In this document: in pieces, positions 16,795 through 26,918 of the stretch
How the letters are laid out: each line of letters begins with the position of its first letter
Numbering within the stretch: the first letter of the stretch is position 1
Assembly: GCA_964636085.1 (NCBI GenBank)
Contig: CAZWPQ010000001.1
Span: 73,427 to 137,426 of the forward strand
DNA from: an uncultured Nitrososphaerota archaeon
GTDB lineage: Archaea > Asgardarchaeota > Njordarchaeia > Njordarchaeales > Panguiarchaeaceae
Length of the DNA: 64,000 nucleotides
Direction of reading: 5' to 3'
Program-made: the position numbers and the translations under genes
The notes under the pieces: generated by a model
What the model was told of the DNA's origin: nothing
What the model saw: the letters and a program-made list of their open reading frames with translations, nothing else
Databases searched by the model: none

Positions 16795-18723
16795 TCATAA
16801 CCTAAATGGTCTGAAGGCCCTGCCCCTACCAATATACCACTTAGTCGAGAATTCATAGAATAGCAACCTCAGAGCCTGTAATGATACAACCAATAACTCT
16901 AGTGTCAATACTAGAAAATTCATACCCAACAACATTCCATAATAGACCACTGTACCCATATTTTTCATTACCTCCACTACCAGTGCGAACGCTGCATGAC
17001 CTATCAAGAAACCAGCTAGCCTAGTAAATGATAGTGTATTTGCGATCATAGATAGTAACATTTCTATAAGAGAAGGCAATTTATCACCCAAATTCTTCTC
17101 GATTATTCCTCCAACCAAAAATAGTACTATGCCCGCCAACAATACGTAAAAAGGCCAACTATCAACCAGCGCGAGAGGATTAAATACCGCCATTCCCTTC
17201 CTAGGAAATACTAAGGAAACTTTTATACCAGCAATCTCAAATGGACGCAGAAGCGTAATCCCTATGAAATATAGACCAGTCAAAATAAGTCCTAGGTACA
17301 TAGCTAGTCCTGGGATGCCCCATTCTCCAAATATTGCCTCTTTGTATTCTCCATGTTTTATACTCCGATACATAAATAGGAAACATGCCAACACAATTTC
17401 TATAATCCCTATCAACAGCGCGTACTTTATCACCCAAGATACACTGGCTCTATCCTCCAGCCAATGTTCAACAAGACCAGGCATAAGCGGAGGATATATT
17501 TCTACAAGGAAAAACTCGCCGTATAGCAATCCAAAAAACGTTGATGATAACCCTACCGTTATGAATAGATTGCCAAGCTTTTTACCAGAGAAACCAAAAA
17601 CTTCTCTTTTCCTATAGAATATAATACCCATCAATATTATCGCTAGACCTTGTCCAATATCAGGGAACATGAATCCAAACATAAATGCCCACATAATGCC
17701 TGCAAGGAACCATGGGAAGATATCCTCTCTCGTAGGATAGCCCATCTGTAAGAACAAAGATTGCCATGATGGCACAACTTTTCCTGGCTTTATAGGAGTA
17801 GGTGTTTCTTCTCTTCTCCCCGGTTTTTCCTTTAATATTGAGACTGTAATCCCCTTAAGCTTCTTAATCGCCTCCTCTAGGTGAATAATTTTGTCTTCAG
17901 GTACCCAACATTGGAGAAATGCTATATATTCTCCTTTCAATGAGTAGGTCCTAGCTTTTAGGAACTTATTGAGAATCAATGCCTTCCTGTATAGCCTTGC
18001 AAGCTTTATCGTAGCGTCTTTTATTATCCTATCACGTTGGTTTTTGATCCTTTTAGTTGTTGACTCCAATTCCAAAATTCTGTTCCTTACTGCCTCTATT
18101 ATTGAGGTTTTATCTGTTTCAAGTTTGGGTATATCTATCACTCTATAATCTATTTTCGAGATAATCAGCCTAATAATATTCCATATTTCATCGTTCTTAA
18201 CCGACATGTAGAAGATAGTATTATCGCCGTAGGAAGCAACAATGTACTCTACACCTATGTTATCAAGCATGGCTTTTATATAGTCCTCATTCAATCTATC
18301 AACCATAATGGCTTTTCCTCCCTCCCTATATATACTCTCCGCCTTCGGAGATGCACGAAGTATACATTCAAAAATGCGAAGATTCTCCAATTCTTTCGTC
18401 AGCGTAGCCAATGCGGCTATCTCTGATAAGCTCTTTTCCAAATTATTATACTCGCCTAGTAGTTCCTCATATCTATATCTTCTTATCTCAACTTCCCTAG
18501 AAACATCACTAACATATTTTTTAAGATCAATACCAAATTTTCCAGCCAATTTCTCCATCTTATCTATCAGCAGTATAACATATCGTGTTTCCTCTGGAAC
18601 CTCCCTTCTGAACCCCATGACTTCTTCTGGTACAATGAACTCCACACATCCTAATTTACCTATTAGCAATATTAAATCCTCCTCATACTCCTTGGGATAC
18701 ATTATCGTTAATTTTTTAAGCAC
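16795..18723 (-). CDS. atpI: A/V-type ATP synthase subunit I (a)
   Basis: FMFGFMFPDIGQG, LYGEFF, NTLSFTRLAG...H, LQALRLLFYEF.TKWY.G.GR.F.PF. Confidence 0.95.
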   Translation of the reverse strand: MLKKLTIMYPKEYEEDLILLIGKLGCVEFIVPEEVMGFRREVPEETRYVILLIDKMEKLAGKFGIDLKKYVSDVSREVEIRRYRYEELLGEYNNLEKSLSEIAALATLTKELENLRIFECILRASPKAESIYREGGKAIMVDRLNEDYIKAMLDNIGVEYIVASYGDNTIFYMSVKNDEIWNIIRLIISKIDYRVIDIPKLETDKTSIIEAVRNRILELESTTKRIKNQRDRIIKDATIKLARLYRKALILNKFLKARTYSLKGEYIAFLQCWVPEDKIIHLEEAIKKLKGITVSILKEKPGRREETPTPIKPGKVVPSWQSLFLQMGYPTREDIFPWFLAGIMWAFMFGFMFPDIGQGLAIILMGIIFYRKREVFGFSGKKLGNLFITVGLSSTFFGLLYGEFFLVEIYPPLMPGLVEHWLEDRASVSWVIKYALLIGIIEIVLACFLFMYRSIKHGEYKEAIFGEWGIPGLAMYLGLILTGLYFIGITLLRPFEIAGIKVSLVFPRKGMAVFNPLALVDSWPFYVLLAGIVLFLVGGIIEKNLGDKLPSLIEMLLSMIANTLSFTRLAGFLIGHAAFALVVEVMKNMGTVVYYGMLLGMNFLVLTLELLVVSLQALRLLFYEFSTKWYIGRGRAFRPFRL

Positions 18724-18797
18724 CCCAATATCCCTCCTAGTAACTTAATTCTCCCATCTATATACAAAACATATTTTATAACCCGTTTAACTATATA

Positions 18798-19121
18798 TTG
18801 CGAGGGATCAGAATGAAAGTACGACATTTAATGTTACTCTCCATGATCTTAGCGATATCTATGTTCGTCTGTGGCCTCTCAGCACAAGAAACGGAAGGGA
18901 GATCTACAAGCGACACTAGTGGACTGAAGTACATAGGTGCTGCACTAAGCGTAGGGCTGAGCTGCATTGGTGCAAGTTACGCCGTAGCCAAATCTGGTAC
19001 TGCCGCTATGGGAGCGCTTACAGAGAAGCCAGAACTGTTTGGGAAGATAATAGCTATAGTTGGTCTGGCAGAGGGGATAGCCATCTACGGATTGCTAATA
19101 GCAATACTAATCGTTATCTAG
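18798..19121 (+). CDS. atpK: A/V-type ATP synthase proteolipid subunit K (c), single hairpin with leader peptide
   Basis: GAALSVGLSCIGASYA, EKPELFGK, GLAEGIAIYGLLIA; lacks the Q..E(S/T) Na+ signature, so probably H+-coupled. Confidence 0.95.
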   Translation: MRGIRMKVRHLMLLSMILAISMFVCGLSAQETEGRSTSDTSGLKYIGAALSVGLSCIGASYAVAKSGTAAMGALTEKPELFGKIIAIVGLAEGIAIYGLLIAILIVI

Positions 19122-19135
19122 ACAAAAATTGTGGC

Positions 19136-19762
19136 TTAATCTTCATGTGTTTTTTTCCAAAGCCATATCCCATCATAGAAAACTCTTATATCTTTTCTAT
19201 ATCTACCTCTTAATTTACATACATTCTCTAGAGCAGAACTTGTAAGCGAGACAGCCTCTATATCGCATCCTTTTATGTAGACCAAATCGGGAATCTCTGA
19301 ATTTGGTTGATTTTCTACTTCTATTTCTACATCACCAAAAATTGGCACTCTTAATGTATCCCTTCGCCCATAAAAACCTTTGATTAGTATCTGCTTGTTC
19401 TCTTTATCGACCTCAATTCTCATTGGGAAATGTCTATATACTACTTTATGCACGTACACAAAACGTTTTTGAACCCCCTCTATCATTCTCCTTATCTTTG
19501 TTGTAGTGGTACCTAGGAACTTTGTTTCCTTCCTTTTATGAGCGCTACAGGCGATATACAATTTATTGCCATCTCGGATTATATATACTGGCATATGGCT
19601 AAAGTCTTTTTCGACGGATCCTTTGGGTCCGGATACCCTAACTACCTTGCCTCTAACTTCTACATCCACGTTTTCTGGTATTTCTATCTCCTCATATTCA
19701 ATACCAGTAGCACCACTTCTTATTGCCTCTAAAACCGCCTTCTCGCCTATCAGCAATTCCAT
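19136..19762 (-). CDS. rpl6: 50S ribosomal protein L6 (uL6)
   Basis: IEIPENV.V, V.GPKG...KDFSH, VYRHFPM, KDIRVFYDGIW. Confidence 0.96.
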   Translation of the reverse strand: MELLIGEKAVLEAIRSGATGIEYEEIEIPENVDVEVRGKVVRVSGPKGSVEKDFSHMPVYIIRDGNKLYIACSAHKRKETKFLGTTTTKIRRMIEGVQKRFVYVHKVVYRHFPMRIEVDKENKQILIKGFYGRRDTLRVPIFGDVEIEVENQPNSEIPDLVYIKGCDIEAVSLTSSALENVCKLRGRYRKDIRVFYDGIWLWKKTHED

Positions 19763-19781
19763 ACCCCCTCACCATGAATAG

Positions 19782-20174
19782 CTAATATACGTATGCCACT
19801 AATCTACCACCAATTTTCTCCTTTTTGCACTCAATATGCGTTTTAACTCCTCTTGGCGTCGAAATTATAAGCAGACCCATTGTATATGCTGGTAAAAAAT
19901 GCCTTTCCCACTTTTCTATCTCCCTCCATGTTGTTGCATATCTAGGTTTTATCACACCAATCTCATGAATTTTCCCTGCGAGTTCAACCCTTATGAACTC
20001 TTTCTTGTTTAGAATCATTGGCTTGAAATCCTTTATATATCCATGCTCTTTAAGGATCATCAATACAGCTTTTATTAGCTTATTAGCTGGAAATATGTAG
20101 ACCTTACTTTTGCCAACCATTTCAGCATTCTTAATTGATGATAAAGCATTAGCAAGCGGATCCAATAGTACCAT
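19782..20174 (-). CDS. rps8: 30S ribosomal protein S8 (uS8)
   Basis: DPLANALSSIKNAE, IKPRY, FLPA, IISTPRGV.TH, GGRLVAYVY. Confidence 0.98.
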   Translation of the reverse strand: MVLLDPLANALSSIKNAEMVGKSKVYIFPANKLIKAVLMILKEHGYIKDFKPMILNKKEFIRVELAGKIHEIGVIKPRYATTWREIEKWERHFLPAYTMGLLIISTPRGVKTHIECKKEKIGGRLVAYVY

Positions 20175-20180
20175 ATCGTA

Positions 20181-20444
20181 TCAGCTCCTATGAATGGAGG
20201 ATTTCTTAAAACCAATTAGACTATATACCTCCCTAAAACATCGTCGGCATATATATAGCCCGTACTTCCTAATGACGGCTTTTACAGTTCCACATCTTAT
20301 ACATGGCCTCGCACGCTTTGATTTTTTATCATATAACGCCTTCCTTATCTTGTATAGTCGCTTGAGTCTTGATCCCCTAAGGGAAAGTTGCTGTACCTCG
20401 CTCATTAGTCCACCCCTGCGAAGGATCTTCACTAAAATTGACAA
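20181..20444 (-). CDS. rps14: 30S ribosomal protein S14 (uS14, Zn type); real start probably at internal MSEVQ
   Basis: CIRCG...VIRKYGLYICRRCFRE....IGFKK. Confidence 0.95.
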   Translation of the reverse strand: MSILVKILRRGGLMSEVQQLSLRGSRLKRLYKIRKALYDKKSKRARPCIRCGTVKAVIRKYGLYICRRCFREVYSLIGFKKSSIHRS

Positions 20445-20490
20445 TTTAATTTATTTATGATTAAAAATCTTAAATCTTAACCAGCATGGT

Positions 20491-21522
20491 CTAAAACTCT
20501 ACTCCCACTTCATTAGCTAATTTGATTAGTTCTTTCTTCGTCATTAAGTAGATGCCATACTTCGCCAACATCTCCCGCACATTCTTTTCCTCTACACCAC
20601 TAAAGCCAATGAATATTAATGCATGCAAATCAACCTTATTCTCCGACAGGAATCTATCCACGGAGCTCTTGAACTCATCTATTCTTTTTACATTAGCCGT
20701 ACCAAGAGTTGCATATATAAAAGTAGTCTTACCGTCACTATGTGTACAGACAGCATCAATACGTTGTCCAGGCATTATTAGTGAGTATACTTCAACTACT
20801 GGCAATAGCTTTAACTCTCTTCCCTGGGCATCCTTTACCATTATTTCCTTATTTACTCTTTCCAGTATTTTACATATTAATGATCTAAACCTAGCTTGGG
20901 ACATCATACCTAAGTTTCTAGCAATTTTTACTGATAGTTTTCTCATAACCTCGTCTATCCGTCCATCTATGGTCGCATTATATGTTAATACACCATCAGG
21001 CGTAGAACATATGACCCCCCCTATCACATCAACTTTGTCGCCTATTGTTAGTGTTATCTTTTTGCCTAGATCCTCCTCAAGCCTTGACTCTAGTTCTGCT
21101 TTATGTGTTTTAATAAACTCTAGGTCCCTACCGTTGGCATATACAACAACTTTTTCTTGGGCGGTCTCAGAAACTGCCTCCCTTAGTAGCGAGTATAGAA
21201 TTTTTGTATAATCCCACCGCCTATCCTTGCCATGTATTATATCCTGAATTCTCCTTATCAGTATTGTCCTAAGCTGTTTTAATTTCGCCTCTTTTAGCTT
21301 TATTTTATCCTCGATAAGTCTTCTCTTTTTCTCATCGATCATTTTGTTTAGCATTGTCTCCCTTATTATTCTTGCCTCTTTTTCGGCGATTTCGTATGCT
21401 TTTCTTTCTGCCTCCTTAACTATTTTTTCGGCCTCTCTTCGTGCATTATCCAGTATTTCCTGTACTTGTTTTTCACCCTCCCTCATTATAGTCTCTATTA
21501 GGGCCTCATATTCACTCAACAA
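20491..21522 (-). CDS. atpE: A/V-type ATP synthase subunit E fused to C-terminal PD-(D/E)XK/Mrr-like domain
   Basis: aa ~1-205: coiled coil plus 'IGGVIC...DG...YNATIDGRI' (subunit E); aa ~206-343: 'GQRIDAV...IDEF...IFIGFSG...GIYLMTKKEL..L'. Confidence 0.85.
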   Translation of the reverse strand: MLSEYEALIETIMREGEKQVQEILDNARREAEKIVKEAERKAYEIAEKEARIIRETMLNKMIDEKKRRLIEDKIKLKEAKLKQLRTILIRRIQDIIHGKDRRWDYTKILYSLLREAVSETAQEKVVVYANGRDLEFIKTHKAELESRLEEDLGKKITLTIGDKVDVIGGVICSTPDGVLTYNATIDGRIDEVMRKLSVKIARNLGMMSQARFRSLICKILERVNKEIMVKDAQGRELKLLPVVEVYSLIMPGQRIDAVCTHSDGKTTFIYATLGTANVKRIDEFKSSVDRFLSENKVDLHALIFIGFSGVEEKNVREMLAKYGIYLMTKKELIKLANEVGVEF

Positions 21523-21817
21523 CTATCACCCCCAATATTTCTTCGGCTAATTCCTCTATTTCCTCATCTGAGATCAAACTTAATCTCTCTAGTTCCTCGT
21601 CGTCCTCGGCTTCTTCACGCCATTCCATCTCGATTTTTTTCTTGTATTCCTCCACCAACTTCTGCTTTATTCGCTCGATATTTTCCTCACTAAGAATTTC
21701 ATTAGCACGAGCTCGTGCTTTTTCAATAATACTTTCCGCCTCTTTTTTGGCTTTTTGGATTCGCTCTCGAACATCCTTTTCTATCATTGCTATTTTTACA
21801 ACTGCGCCTATGCTCAC
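21512..21817 (-). CDS. atpH: A/V-type ATP synthase subunit H/G (peripheral stalk)
   Basis: Charged coiled coil 'IQKAKKEAESIIEKARARANEI', overlaps atpE. Confidence 0.7.
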   Translation of the reverse strand: MSIGAVVKIAMIEKDVRERIQKAKKEAESIIEKARARANEILSEENIERIKQKLVEEYKKKIEMEWREEAEDDEELERLSLISDEEIEELAEEILGVIVVE

Positions 21818-21993
21818 TATACTGCACCATTAACATCCTCAATAATCAGAAAAACATAGGATTTAAACTGTTTGTATAAAAGTTAATTTTAACTACACCT
21901 TCAAATAACCTCAGTACTCTCGGATACAGTTTGTGAATTATTAGAGTTTCTTTGTACTATATCTTAGGATATCGGTCTATGATGGGATGAATA

Positions 21994-22497
21994 TTGACCA
22001 AATTCATAGTTGATGAGATGCTTGGGAATATAGCTAGATGGCTTAGGATACTTGGCTTTGATACTCTTGCTGCCTCTGAATTACGAGAACACCCAAACGA
22101 GGATATCGATACAAAAATTCTGTTAATAGCACTTGATACTGGCAGAGTATTAGTAACTTCTGACATGGAATTGATAAAAAGAGCGAGGAACCTAGGCGTT
22201 AAAGTCATCCATGTCGATAATAAAGAAGGAGAAACTTGTATAGTCTTGAAAAAAATACTTACGAGTCTTAATGCTATGGATGAAGCTAGAAACAATAAGA
22301 TGACTAGATGCCCAATCTGCAATGGTTTGCTCCGCCACGCCAGCAGAAATGAAGCAAAAGGCCAAGTCCCTCAAAGGGTATACGAAACAACAAATAAATT
22401 CTGGGTCTGTACAAAATGTAATAAGTTTTATTGGATTGGATCGCATTTTAGAAACATTAGAAAAGTACTGACTTGTGTTTTGGGAGAGGATGATTAA
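21994..22497 (+). CDS. Mut7-C RNase domain protein (DUF82)
   Basis: FIVDEMLGNIARWLRILGFDT, RVLVTSD, RCPICNG.L, FWVCTKCNKFYWIGSH. Confidence 0.92.
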   Translation: MTKFIVDEMLGNIARWLRILGFDTLAASELREHPNEDIDTKILLIALDTGRVLVTSDMELIKRARNLGVKVIHVDNKEGETCIVLKKILTSLNAMDEARNNKMTRCPICNGLLRHASRNEAKGQVPQRVYETTNKFWVCTKCNKFYWIGSHFRNIRKVLTCVLGEDD

Positions 22498-22499
22498 GT

Positions 22500-23303
22500 A
22501 TGGGGCTCCAATATTACATAGGCTGCTCTGGCTGGTGGTACAAGGATTGGGATGAGAGATTTTATCCCACAGGGTTATCGGAAAGTAAACGTTTGCCATT
22601 TTATTCTAAATACTTCAACACAACGGAAGTCAATGTTACATTCTACAGAGTACCTCCCCGATCAACAGTTGAGAGTTGGGTTCGTCGCACCCCTAAAAAT
22701 TTTATCTTTAGTGTTAAGATTCCCAAAGAAATTACACATGGAACACACATGCTATACGCTGAAAGACTAATCAATAAATTCCTCGATACGATAAACCCTC
22801 TGCAGAAGCATAACAAACTTGGTGCACTTCTCTTTCAGCTTCCTCCCGATTTTACCAAAACTAGAGGAACTTTTCAAAGACTTAAGGATTTCATAGATAA
22901 GCTACCAAAAACATATGAATATTCAGTAGAATTCCGTCACAAAAGCTGGTTATCGGATGAGGTTTTTAAATTACTTGAGGAATATGAAATCGCATATGTT
23001 ATAGTTGATGAGCCATTATTACCACCCATTGTTAAAGTAACAGCTGATTTTGCATATATACGGTTTCACGGACACGGTAGAAAGGTTTGGTACTATTATA
23101 ACTACACACGACAACAACTAGAAAAATGGTGCGGGATTATTAGGAAAGAAATAGAGCCATCCGTCTCCAGGCTTTATATATACTTCAATAATCACTTTAG
23201 AGCTTTTGCACCCAAGAACGCCCAAGAATTCATCCAATTACTTGGCATAAGTAGAAGGGAGATGGGGCTAAAACCTATACAGAGATCCCTCGAGGAATAT
23301 TAG
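22500..23303 (+). CDS. DUF72 family protein
   Basis: IGCSGW.Y.DW...FYP, EVNVTFY, LFQLPP, VEFRH.SW, YIRFHG, YFNNH...AP.NA. Confidence 0.95.
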   Translation: MGLQYYIGCSGWWYKDWDERFYPTGLSESKRLPFYSKYFNTTEVNVTFYRVPPRSTVESWVRRTPKNFIFSVKIPKEITHGTHMLYAERLINKFLDTINPLQKHNKLGALLFQLPPDFTKTRGTFQRLKDFIDKLPKTYEYSVEFRHKSWLSDEVFKLLEEYEIAYVIVDEPLLPPIVKVTADFAYIRFHGHGRKVWYYYNYTRQQLEKWCGIIRKEIEPSVSRLYIYFNNHFRAFAPKNAQEFIQLLGISRREMGLKPIQRSLEEY

Positions 23304-23941
23304 GACTTGGATTCTTTTTTCTTTTCTTTACTCTCCCTCCTTCTTTCCAGCCTAAATGCTAGTTTAAATGGTGTTAGCATATTCATAATCGCTGCCTTAA
23401 TAGCCATTAGAGTAGTTTGCCCCGCCATGGGCATCATGAGATAGCCTATCGGTGAAACTTTCTTCTCTGGCTCGGCATATATGCCAACAACTCTCATTTT
23501 TTGCTTACATGAATCACATTCTTCATCTACAATGTCACCTACAAATTCGTTGGGTTTTCTCTCCCTTATAAAGATGAATCCACACTTAGGACATTCTAGC
23601 TTGGAGTAGAAAGTATATCTTCCAGCACCTGGGCTCAGCATCCTTGACGCTTCACGTCTCAATGCTACCCCATACCTTGTAAAGCTAATACCTAAGAACA
23701 TCAATAGGAATGTTACCCAAAATACTGTCTTCGAGCTTATTTGTTTAGCTAATGCTGAATCTGGCCCCATATAAAGCCCATACATAACCAATCCAAGGGG
23801 AGCTAAAAATATGACTGTTCCTATAACCACTAGAATTAACCCTAACTTTTTCTTTGATCTGATCAGGTTATTGAAGTACTTCATATCGTCCGCAAATATC
23901 CTATCTACTATGTCTTCTACATTCATATCCATAGTCATCAT
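23300..23941 (-). CDS. two-TM membrane protein with zinc ribbon
   Basis: Two hydrophobic segments then CPKC...CDSC. Confidence 0.75.
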   Translation of the reverse strand: MMTMDMNVEDIVDRIFADDMKYFNNLIRSKKKLGLILVVIGTVIFLAPLGLVMYGLYMGPDSALAKQISSKTVFWVTFLLMFLGISFTRYGVALRREASRMLSPGAGRYTFYSKLECPKCGFIFIRERKPNEFVGDIVDEECDSCKQKMRVVGIYAEPEKKVSPIGYLMMPMAGQTTLMAIKAAIMNMLTPFKLAFRLERRRESKEKKKESKS

Positions 23942-24101
23942 CTCTCAACAAATAATAAAATCCTATACAACACTAATAAAAAATCAGAAACCATGGATCA
24001 AGTACATGCACATGAATACTCATTCTACACATGTACTTTAATATTAATTATCTTATTTGGATAATCTTTTTTTGTGAACCCGATGTACACTAATTAAATT
24101 A

Positions 24102-24641
24102 ATGGTGATTATGTTGAATGCCATCCAAGGGCAAGACACAAAAAAAATCCCTAAGCCAGAGAGACAATGGATAGCTATTATTAGGATTCGTGGAACTGTA
24201 AATGTTAAGAGAGACGTAGAGTATACATTAAAACTCCTCCGACTTCATAAGCCTAATCACTGCGTTGTGAGACGCTTAGATCAAAGTTTAAGAGGCATGC
24301 TACTAAAGGCCCAACATAAAATTGCATGGGGAGAGATCGACTTCGAAGTTCTGTATAAGCTTCTGAAGGACCGAGGATATACGGTAGGCGGTAACAGACT
24401 CACTGACGACCTAGTCAAAAAATTCACTGGAGGCAAATATAAAAATATTGAAGAGCTAGCAAAAGCTATCTGGAGAGGCGAAATAAGTTTCGGGGAATTA
24501 AAATGGCTTAAGCCTGTTTTCAGACTTCATCCACCTAAGCATGGTGGATATAAGAGAAGTGTCAAAAAGCTGTATCAGGAAGGTGGAGCACTGGGATACT
24601 GGGGGCCTGATATCAAAAATCTATTGCTACGCATGATATGA
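24102..24641 (+). CDS. rpl30: 50S ribosomal protein L30 (uL30)
   Basis: AIIRIRG.V, TLKLLRLHKPNH, FRLHPP..GGY, GGALGYWG..I..LL.RMI. Confidence 0.96.
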   Translation: MVIMLNAIQGQDTKKIPKPERQWIAIIRIRGTVNVKRDVEYTLKLLRLHKPNHCVVRRLDQSLRGMLLKAQHKIAWGEIDFEVLYKLLKDRGYTVGGNRLTDDLVKKFTGGKYKNIEELAKAIWRGEISFGELKWLKPVFRLHPPKHGGYKRSVKKLYQEGGALGYWGPDIKNLLLRMI

Positions 24642-24650
24642 CTCATTTTC

Positions 24651-26918
24651 CTATGCTTTTTCAAATTTGACCCTTACCATATTCTCCCATAGTTTTCGTA
24701 CGATCTTTCTAATTCTTATCAACTCTTCTTTTTCTATTAATCTCCTCTGGCAGATTTTCCTTACTAGTAGATGCTCTTCTTCAATGCTCAGAAACTTGTA
24801 CTTTCTTGCAAAATATAGATTGACCAATTCCGCTATCACATCTATACATGCCTCTATCTTACCACCTATGGATAAGTATAGGCCTAGCCTAAATACATCA
24901 CCAGATGTAAGTTGGGGGACAACAGTTATTGGTTCGCCAGATTTAAGTATCATGTGCGCCGTTTCGGTTTCTAGTTCCCAATAACTATTTCTTAGCTCTC
25001 TCAGTAACCTGATTTTGAGTTGCTTATTAGCCTCCAATATCATCCTGGATGCATGTTTTGAAAGTGGTTTCAACACAATAACAGAATACTCTCCCGTCTT
25101 AGGATTAATTATGGGTGACATGTTTGCGGGCATAAAGCCATTCTTAAGCCAAAAGTTGAGTAATCTAGGGTTAGCACCAAAAGAAGCACCAATCCATTCT
25201 ACTCCCTCATTCTTTGCGATTTTCGTTAGTTTTTCCAGAGCTAGACTCCCTAGTCCTCTTCCTTGAAGATTTGGATGTGTAGCTATCCTTACTATTCTGA
25301 AGCCACGCATTTTTGGGAAATCAACAATGCCAGTATATCTCGTTATGTTATCTGGTATGAGATGACCTGATGGCGCTTCTTCTAGCATTTCTTGAACCGA
25401 TTCTGGAGGGATTTTCCCCTCCTCGGCTATCTGCAATGCAACCAGTGGTTTTGAATCTATTACTAATGCAAATAATCTATGATGGGGCGCATCACTTAGG
25501 AGCAATAGATCCTTCGGATTATTGCGGTAATGTGCCGTTGTCAATATACCTATAAGCGATCTCAAAAACTCTTCGGACTTTTTATCCCCTAGGAAATATT
25601 CCTTGGGGTCTAATTCTATGAGTTTTGCCTCTCCTATCTTTTCCATTATATCTTCACTTACTCTGGAAGGCTCGGCATCGAGAAGTAGTAAATCAAACAA
25701 CCATTGTTCGACAGGGTCATCCATCGCATATCTTATTGGTTGCTTTAACTCAATCTTTATGAAGTGCCTACCACTCGATTCTAGCATCTTTAGAAAGCGT
25801 ACCGCGAAAATTCTTCCTGTTCCCTCATAGCCATGCACGGTCCCTGAAAACACTATTTTCTTGTAAGCATTTATTGTCTTCCGTAAAAAGGTAAACGGAA
25901 TCGCAGCGACTTCATCTACAACTAAAGCATCTGCAATATGCGCCATCTTTAAAGCTCTGTGTGGGAACTCAAATTGGAGTCTTAGTATGTCGCTCTTCAA
26001 TGTTTGCTCTTTAGCATTAAACTCATAGTTTATACCTAGGGCATCATGAGCTATTTGCGCAAATCTAAATACCTCCTCCACATTCAAGGTACTTCTAGAC
26101 GTCAAACATACAAAGAATGGTCTTTTATGTTTTTTGACAAATATTGTAGCATAGCCAGTAAGCCCTAGACCTATACTTGCCGACTTCCCCCGGCCCCTAT
26201 TGGCTAGAAGGATTATATAGTTTTTCCATTCTTCAAATGCCTTTAACACATCGATCTGATCCTTAGATGCGGCGAGCCCATATATTTCTTCGGGTATTGA
26301 TGCCATCTCTGGGATTCCTATCTCTTCTTCTACATATTCGTGCTTCGCCTCCTTGGGAATACTTAAGAATTCTTTCTTCGATGCATCATAGACGTAGACA
26401 CCTCTATAGTTTTTTGATTTCTTTATTATTCTCTCTAGCATTATTCCTCTCGGCTGTTTATTGTAGTATGGCGGAACAATTTCTTCGTAGTATATCCTCG
26501 AGTTATATGAGTATGGTAGTAGGATGAATATTATGCCGCCACCACGTACAGTTCCCACAGCCCTAGATAAGGCTATTACATCGGGCCAATCCCTCAGATC
26601 AATACAGGCGATGTCATACGTCTTTCCAAGTATTTTGTCTGTATCCCAGCAAGACACCGCAAAGAGACTATCGGACGTGCATATCTCCTTTAAACTCTTA
26701 CGAAACTTTTTACTATTTGAGACACATAACATATTCTCGTTACAGAAATCCTTCATTATATCTAAAACTTCTCTAGCAGTATGGAGAGGCTCCCCTAAAA
26801 CAATAAATAACCTCCTCTCAAACATATCTTTAGCATATCTTCTTGCCTCCTGAACATAGCTTATAAATTCGCCATAAACACTCATTCTATCCACAACCCA
26901 TGACCAATCGTTATCCAA
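24651..26918 (-). CDS. tmcA: tRNA/rRNA cytidine acetyltransferase TmcA/Nat10
   Basis: VRGGG, ANRGRGKSASIG, VDEVAAIP, TVHGYEGTGR.F, PIRYA..DPVE.WL, AHYRNNPKDL, RIVRIATHP..QGRGLGS. Confidence 0.96.
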   Translation of the reverse strand: MDNDWSWVVDRMSVYGEFISYVQEARRYAKDMFERRLFIVLGEPLHTAREVLDIMKDFCNENMLCVSNSKKFRKSLKEICTSDSLFAVSCWDTDKILGKTYDIACIDLRDWPDVIALSRAVGTVRGGGIIFILLPYSYNSRIYYEEIVPPYYNKQPRGIMLERIIKKSKNYRGVYVYDASKKEFLSIPKEAKHEYVEEEIGIPEMASIPEEIYGLAASKDQIDVLKAFEEWKNYIILLANRGRGKSASIGLGLTGYATIFVKKHKRPFFVCLTSRSTLNVEEVFRFAQIAHDALGINYEFNAKEQTLKSDILRLQFEFPHRALKMAHIADALVVDEVAAIPFTFLRKTINAYKKIVFSGTVHGYEGTGRIFAVRFLKMLESSGRHFIKIELKQPIRYAMDDPVEQWLFDLLLLDAEPSRVSEDIMEKIGEAKLIELDPKEYFLGDKKSEEFLRSLIGILTTAHYRNNPKDLLLLSDAPHHRLFALVIDSKPLVALQIAEEGKIPPESVQEMLEEAPSGHLIPDNITRYTGIVDFPKMRGFRIVRIATHPNLQGRGLGSLALEKLTKIAKNEGVEWIGASFGANPRLLNFWLKNGFMPANMSPIINPKTGEYSVIVLKPLSKHASRMILEANKQLKIRLLRELRNSYWELETETAHMILKSGEPITVVPQLTSGDVFRLGLYLSIGGKIEACIDVIAELVNLYFARKYKFLSIEEEHLLVRKICQRRLIEKEELIRIRKIVRKLWENMVRVKFEKA

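Noticed and set aside
16534-16856. ORF 16534-16764 and the long 105-aa version of the 2-TM ORF
   Set aside because: The first is an alternative frame without features; the long start overlaps the conserved atpI C-terminus
21994-22497. Mut7-C and PIN (5586-6089) as toxin-antitoxin toxins
   Set aside because: No co-oriented antitoxin; the RHH is convergent with the PIN gene and looks CdrS-like, and both nucleases are conserved housekeeping-type families
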